Shown: piece by piece, positions 58,168-64,000 of the stretch
Layout: each line of letters opens with the position of its first letter
Numbering within the stretch: the first letter of the stretch is position 1
Source of the DNA: Escherichia coli
Lineage (GTDB): Bacteria > Pseudomonadota > Gammaproteobacteria > Enterobacterales > Enterobacteriaceae
DNA length: 64,000 bases
Strand: one strand, 5' to 3'
NCBI RefSeq assembly: GCF_045037415.1
Contig: NZ_CP173438.1
Translations under genes and position numbers: made by a program
The notes under the pieces: generated by a model
Seen by the model: the letters and a program-made list of their open reading frames with translations, nothing else
Databases searched by the model: none
Told to the model about the DNA's origin: nothing

Positions 58168-60990
58168 ATGGATAAGATCGAAGTTCGGGGCGCCCGCACC
58201 CATAATCTCAAAAACATCAACCTCGTTATCCCCCGCGACAAGCTCATTGTCGTGACCGGGCTTTCGGGTTCTGGCAAATCCTCGCTCGCTTTCGACACCT
58301 TATATGCCGAAGGGCAGCGCCGTTACGTTGAATCCCTTTCCGCCTACGCGCGGCAGTTTCTGTCACTGATGGAGAAGCCGGACGTCGACCATATTGAGGG
58401 GCTTTCTCCTGCCATCTCAATTGAGCAGAAATCGACGTCTCATAACCCGCGCTCTACGGTGGGGACAATCACCGAAATCCACGACTATTTGCGTCTGCTG
58501 TACGCTCGCGTTGGTGAGCCGCGCTGCCCGGACCACGATGTACCGCTGGCGGCGCAAACCGTCAGTCAGATGGTGGATAACGTGTTGTCCCAGCCGGACG
58601 GCAAGCGTCTGATGCTGCTCGCGCCAATCATTAAAGAGCGCAAAGGCGAACACACCAAAACGCTGGAGAACCTGGCAAGCCAGGGTTACATCCGTGCTCG
58701 TATTGATGGCGAAGTCTGCGATCTTTCCGATCCGCCGAAACTGGAACTGCAAAAGAAACATACCATTGAAGTGGTGGTTGATCGCTTCAAAGTGCGTGAC
58801 GATCTTACCCAACGTCTTGCCGAGTCGTTTGAAACCGCGCTGGAGCTTTCCGGTGGTACCGCGGTAGTGGCGGATATGGACGACCCGAAAGCGGAAGAGC
58901 TGCTGTTCTCCGCCAACTTTGCCTGCCCGATTTGCGGTTACAGTATGCGCGAGCTGGAACCTCGCCTGTTTTCATTTAACAACCCGGCGGGAGCCTGCCC
59001 GACCTGTGACGGACTTGGCGTACAGCAATATTTCGATCCTGACCGCGTGATCCAGAATCCGGAATTATCGCTGGCTGGCGGTGCGATCCGTGGCTGGGAT
59101 CGCCGCAACTTCTATTATTTCCAGATGCTGAAATCGCTGGCAGATCACTATAAGTTCGACGTCGAAGCGCCGTGGGGCAGCCTGAGCGCGAACGTGCATA
59201 AAGTGGTGTTGTACGGTTCTGGCAAAGAAAATATTGAATTCAAATACATGAACGATCGTGGCGATACCTCCATTCGTCGTCATCCGTTCGAAGGCGTGCT
59301 GCACAATATGGAGCGCCGTTATAAAGAGACGGAATCCAGCGCGGTACGTGAAGAATTAGCCAAGTTTATCAGCAATCGTCCGTGCGCCAGCTGCGAAGGA
59401 ACCCGTCTGCGTCGGGAAGCACGCCACGTGTATGTCGAGAATACGCCGCTGCCCGCCATCTCCGACATGAGCATCGGTCATGCGATGGAATTCTTCAACA
59501 ATCTCAAACTCGCAGGTCAGCGGGCGAAGATTGCAGAAAAAATCCTTAAAGAGATCGGCGATCGTCTGAAATTCCTCGTTAACGTCGGCCTGAATTACCT
59601 GACACTTTCCCGCTCAGCAGAGACACTTTCCGGCGGTGAAGCCCAGCGTATTCGTCTGGCGAGCCAGATTGGTGCAGGCCTGGTTGGCGTGATGTACGTG
59701 CTGGATGAGCCGTCTATCGGCCTGCACCAGCGCGATAACGAGCGCCTGCTGGGTACGCTTATCCATCTGCGCGATCTCGGTAATACCGTGATTGTGGTGG
59801 AGCACGACGAAGACGCGATTCGCGCCGCTGATCATGTGATCGATATCGGTCCGGGTGCGGGTGTTCACGGCGGTGAAGTCGTCGCGGAAGGTCCGCTGGA
59901 AGCAATAATGGCGGTGCCTGAGTCGTTGACCGGGCAGTACATGAGCGGTAAACGCAAGATTGAGGTGCCGAAGAAACGCGTTCCGGCAAATCCGGAAAAA
60001 GTGCTGAAACTGACGGGCGCACGCGGCAACAACCTGAAAGACGTGACGCTGACGCTGCCGGTGGGTCTGTTTACCTGCATTACCGGAGTTTCAGGTTCCG
60101 GTAAATCAACGCTGATTAACGACACACTGTTCCCAATTGCCCAACGCCAGTTGAATGGTGCGACCATCGCCGAACCAGCACCGTATCGCGATATTCAGGG
60201 GCTGGAGCATTTCGATAAAGTGATCGATATCGACCAAAGCCCAATTGGTCGTACTCCGCGTTCTAACCCGGCGACCTATACCGGCGTGTTTACGCCTGTG
60301 CGCGAACTGTTTGCGGGCGTACCGGAATCCCGTGCGCGTGGTTATACGCCAGGACGTTTCAGCTTTAACGTTCGCGGCGGACGCTGCGAAGCCTGTCAGG
60401 GCGACGGCGTGATCAAAGTGGAGATGCACTTCCTGCCGGACATTTACGTACCGTGCGACCAGTGCAAAGGCAAACGCTATAACCGTGAAACGCTGGAGAT
60501 TAAGTACAAAGGCAAAACCATCCACGAAGTGCTGGATATGACCATCGAAGAGGCGCGTGAGTTCTTTGATGCGGTGCCAGCTCTGGCACGTAAGCTGCAA
60601 ACATTGATGGACGTTGGTCTGACGTATATTCGTCTGGGTCAGTCCGCAACCACACTTTCTGGTGGTGAAGCCCAGCGCGTGAAGCTGGCGCGTGAGCTGT
60701 CAAAACGCGGCACCGGGCAGACGCTGTATATTCTCGACGAGCCGACCACCGGTCTGCACTTCGCCGATATTCAGCAACTGCTCGACGTACTGCATAAACT
60801 GCGCGATCAGGGCAATACCATTGTGGTAATTGAGCACAATCTCGACGTGATCAAAACCGCTGACTGGATTGTCGACCTGGGACCAGAAGGCGGCAGTGGG
60901 GGCGGCGAAATCCTCGTCTCCGGTACGCCAGAAACCGTCGCAGAGTGCGAAGCTTCGCATACGGCGCGCTTCCTCAAGCCGATGCTGTAA
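58168..60990 (+). CDS. uvrA: UvrA, excinuclease ABC subunit A (940 aa)
   Basis: Two ABC ATPase modules (GLSGSGKSS and GVSGSGKST) with zinc-finger CxxC inserts. Confidence 0.97.
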   Translation: MDKIEVRGARTHNLKNINLVIPRDKLIVVTGLSGSGKSSLAFDTLYAEGQRRYVESLSAYARQFLSLMEKPDVDHIEGLSPAISIEQKSTSHNPRSTVGTITEIHDYLRLLYARVGEPRCPDHDVPLAAQTVSQMVDNVLSQPDGKRLMLLAPIIKERKGEHTKTLENLASQGYIRARIDGEVCDLSDPPKLELQKKHTIEVVVDRFKVRDDLTQRLAESFETALELSGGTAVVADMDDPKAEELLFSANFACPICGYSMRELEPRLFSFNNPAGACPTCDGLGVQQYFDPDRVIQNPELSLAGGAIRGWDRRNFYYFQMLKSLADHYKFDVEAPWGSLSANVHKVVLYGSGKENIEFKYMNDRGDTSIRRHPFEGVLHNMERRYKETESSAVREELAKFISNRPCASCEGTRLRREARHVYVENTPLPAISDMSIGHAMEFFNNLKLAGQRAKIAEKILKEIGDRLKFLVNVGLNYLTLSRSAETLSGGEAQRIRLASQIGAGLVGVMYVLDEPSIGLHQRDNERLLGTLIHLRDLGNTVIVVEHDEDAIRAADHVIDIGPGAGVHGGEVVAEGPLEAIMAVPESLTGQYMSGKRKIEVPKKRVPANPEKVLKLTGARGNNLKDVTLTLPVGLFTCITGVSGSGKSTLINDTLFPIAQRQLNGATIAEPAPYRDIQGLEHFDKVIDIDQSPIGRTPRSNPATYTGVFTPVRELFAGVPESRARGYTPGRFSFNVRGGRCEACQGDGVIKVEMHFLPDIYVPCDQCKGKRYNRETLEIKYKGKTIHEVLDMTIEEAREFFDAVPALARKLQTLMDVGLTYIRLGQSATTLSGGEAQRVKLARELSKRGTGQTLYILDEPTTGLHFADIQQLLDVLHKLRDQGNTIVVIEHNLDVIKTADWIVDLGPEGGSGGGEILVSGTPETVAECEASHTARFLKPML

Positions 60991-60995
60991 TCGTT

Positions 60996-61024
60996 AAGGC
61001 CGCTTTCTGAGCGGCCTTCTTCTT
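60996..61024. terminator. Bidirectional terminator between uvrA and yjbR
   Basis: AAGGCCGCT-ttctga-GCGGCCTT followed by a T-rich tract. Confidence 0.75.
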
Positions 61025-61381
61025 TCAGAGTTGCACCAGCAATTTACGTTTTTCTTCCGGCAGCAAATTCACCGCCTGCTGATAAGACGCATCCACCAGA
61101 TAATAGATTTGCGAATCCGGCAGCGATCCGTCGAGATACACGGTGCTCCAGTGTGCTTTGTTCAGATGGCGGCTTGGACGCACATCGCTGTGCTGCTGAC
61201 GTAGCAGCTCCGCCAGCTCCGGGCTGGTTTTCAGCGAAACAGCTGGGCGATTTTCTACTTCTTTCACCATCGCAAACAGCACATCTTCCACTTTGATCTG
61301 CGTCGCTTTCCAGTCGTTATGCACGCTCTGTTCTGCGCCTGGTTTTGCCATGCAATATTGTAGCAACTCCAAAATGGTCAT
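61025..61381 (-). CDS. yjbR: YjbR, MmcQ/YjbR-family protein (118 aa)
   Basis: Translation MTILELLQYCMAKPGAEQSVHNDWKATQIKVEDVLFAMV... Confidence 0.88.
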   Translation of the reverse strand: MTILELLQYCMAKPGAEQSVHNDWKATQIKVEDVLFAMVKEVENRPAVSLKTSPELAELLRQQHSDVRPSRHLNKAHWSTVYLDGSLPDSQIYYLVDASYQQAVNLLPEEKRKLLVQL

Positions 61382-61384
61382 TTT

Positions 61385-61801
61385 TTACTCCCCTTGAAGT
61401 GTCGCGATGATGCGACGCGATCCGCCGTGGATGCGATGTTCCCCCAGCCAGATGCCTTGCCAGGTGCCGGTCTGAATACGCCCTTTATGCACCGGCAATA
61501 CAAGCGATGTTCCCAGCATTGAGGATTTGATATGAGAAGGCATATCGTCTGCTCCCTCATAGTCATGCTCATAATTTCCGTTGTCGGGAACGGCGCGGAG
61601 GAAAAAACGCTCCATGTCGTGGCGTACGGTGGGATCGCAGTTCTCATTAAGTGTCAGAGAGGCGGAGGTATGTTGCAGCAACAGATGCAGTAAACCGATG
61701 TTAACGCGCGGCATATCAGCCAGCTGATTCAGAATTTCATCCGTTACCAGATGAAACCCACGAGATTTGGCGCTAAGCGTGAGCGTCTTTTGATACCACA
61801 T
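61385..61801 (-). CDS. yjbQ: YjbQ, UPF0047-family protein (138 aa)
   Basis: Translation [27 protein letters not shown]... Confidence 0.88.
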   Translation of the reverse strand: MWYQKTLTLSAKSRGFHLVTDEILNQLADMPRVNIGLLHLLLQHTSASLTLNENCDPTVRHDMERFFLRAVPDNGNYEHDYEGADDMPSHIKSSMLGTSLVLPVHKGRIQTGTWQGIWLGEHRIHGGSRRIIATLQGE

Positions 61802-61869
61802 GTGCTGCTCCTTGATAAAACTCTCTTAATCAGTTTGCAGCAAGACAGCGAAAGGATAAAGGTGTGATT

Positions 61870-61906
61870 AAAAAAACAGCATTCGGGAGAGTATTACGCT
61901 CTCCCG
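61870..61906 (-). terminator. Intrinsic terminator after aphA
   Basis: Minus-strand CGGGAGAGCGTAATACTCTCCCG hairpin followed by a T-run (plus-strand AAAAAAA at 61870-61876). Confidence 0.8.
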
Positions 61907-61911
61907 CTCTG

Positions 61912-62721
<810 letters not shown>

Positions 62722-62901
62722 TTATCTGCGGATTTGTCACATAAAAAGAGCATGATCACATTTGGAATACCTGTGCGATAAACCACACATTGCCACGGTT
62801 ATTCTGCTTACACATTCACACAATGGCACTCTTTTGGTTCTCGCAAACATTGTTCAGGGAATATACTGATGATAAATATAAATGCATTCAATGGATGATG
62901 A

Positions 62902-64000
62902 ATGAAAATATCGTGGAATTATATATTTAAGAACAAATGGCGATTTCACATTACAAGCATTTCACTTTTTCTTATCATGCTCGCGGTTTCAATCGCTTTT
63001 TTGCACTTGCGTTTTAATACCTTGTCCGGTACCGATAAAATGCGGCTTGAAATGTATAAGTCCACATTATATTCCACCATCGAGCAATTTTATGTTTTAC
63101 CCTATATGCTCTCAACAGACCATATCATCCGTCAGGCGGTAATTACGCCTGACGATATGACGTCCAGCGAACTCAATCAACGAATTGCACATTTCAATAC
63201 TCAACTCAAAACCGCAGCAATATTTATTCTGGATACCCAAGGTAAGGCCATCGCTTCTAGTAACTGGCAGGACCCCGGCAGCTATGTAGGGCAAAATTAT
63301 AGCTATCGCCCCTATTATAAACACGCCATGTCTGGCTTAAATGGACGCTTTTACGGTATTGGTAGCACTACGAATACACCGGGATTCTTCCTCTCTACAA
63401 GTATAAAAGATAAAGGAAAAATTGTCGGTGTTGTAGTAGTAAAAATAAGTCTTAATGAAATTGAAAAAGCATGGGCCGAAGGTCCTGAAAATATTATCGT
63501 GAATGATGAACATGGGATTATATTTTTAAGTTCAAAATCGCCATGGCGAATGCGAACACTGCAACCGTTACCTGTTCAGGCAAAACAAAAACTACAATCT
63601 ACCCGCCAATATAGTCTCGACAATCTTTTACCGGCGGATTATTATCCCTGTTATACCGTGAGCAATTTTACTTTCCTGAAAGATAAAAAAGAACAACTCT
63701 GTTTATTCCCGCAATATTATACGCAACAAATAGCCATTCCAGAATTTAACTGGAAAATGACAATTATGGTCCCCTTAGATAACCTGTACTGGTCATGGGC
63801 TATTTCGTTAGTCATTACACTAATTATTTACCTGCTGTTTTTGTTATTTATTAAATACTGGAGAATGCGATCTCATGCACAACAATTATTAACACTGGCG
63901 AATGAAACATTAGAAAAACAGGTTAAAGAGCGTACATCTGCCCTGGAATTGATCAATCAAAAATTAATACAGGAGATAAAAGAGCGCAGTCAGGCTGAAC
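62902..64000 (+). CDS. Sensor histidine kinase with periplasmic Cache-type domain, 5'-complete but truncated by the window end (at least 366 codons)
   Basis: ATG at 62902 followed by 366 stop-free codons in AT-rich DNA; TM helix, periplasmic region with YRPYYKHAMSG, second TM helix (WAISLVITLIIYLLFLLFI), then coiled-coil leading into ...IQEIKERSQAE. Confidence 0.7.
   Translation, partial: MKISWNYIFKNKWRFHITSISLFLIMLAVSIAFLHLRFNTLSGTDKMRLEMYKSTLYSTIEQFYVLPYMLSTDHIIRQAVITPDDMTSSELNQRIAHFNTQLKTAAIFILDTQGKAIASSNWQDPGSYVGQNYSYRPYYKHAMSGLNGRFYGIGSTTNTPGFFLSTSIKDKGKIVGVVVVKISLNEIEKAWAEGPENIIVNDEHGIIFLSSKSPWRMRTLQPLPVQAKQKLQSTRQYSLDNLLPADYYPCYTVSNFTFLKDKKEQLCLFPQYYTQQIAIPEFNWKMTIMVPLDNLYWSWAISLVITLIIYLLFLLFIKYWRMRSHAQQLLTLANETLEKQVKERTSALELINQKLIQEIKERSQAE

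Overview
The window is an Escherichia coli-type chromosomal segment, collinear in reverse orientation with the K-12 phn-als-mdt-fdhF-nrf-acs-sox-ssb-uvrA-aphA region. It is densely coding, with about 60 protein genes, and I found no rRNA, tRNA, CRISPR array or IS element. Recognisable blocks, in order: phnA, phnB and the full 14-gene phosphonate C-P lyase operon phnCDEFGHIJKLMNOP; yjdP; rpiB with the divergent rpiR-alsBACEK allose operon; alkyl sulfatase yjcS; ytcA-mdtNOP efflux; selenoprotein fdhF (in-frame TGA plus SECIS hairpin); yjcO; gltP; nrfABCDEFG (minus strand); acs-yjcH-actP; yjcE; ghxP; soxR/soxS; pdeC; yjcB; ssb; uvrA; yjbR; yjbQ; aphA. All identifications rest on reading the translations and on recalled family features; no database search was run. 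Three segments do not match the K-12 reference as I recall it: (1) a 5-gene Opp/Dpp/Nik-family ABC importer between fdhF and yjcO; (2) an LrgB/LrgA-like membrane pair with a divergent LysR regulator between actP and yjcE, where K-12 has yjcF; (3) an AT-rich gene for a Cache-type sensor histidine kinase upstream of aphA, running off the window end. Smaller points: a 5-copy 9-bp tandem repeat inside the yjdP signal peptide, an apparent +1 frameshift at codon 4 of nrfC, an intact phnE carrying two rather than three copies of the 8-bp slippage unit, a 4-copy REP/BIME array, and repeated GCAAACG-type motifs in the ghxP leader. I see no clearly novel system; the accessory segments are the best candidates for follow-up.
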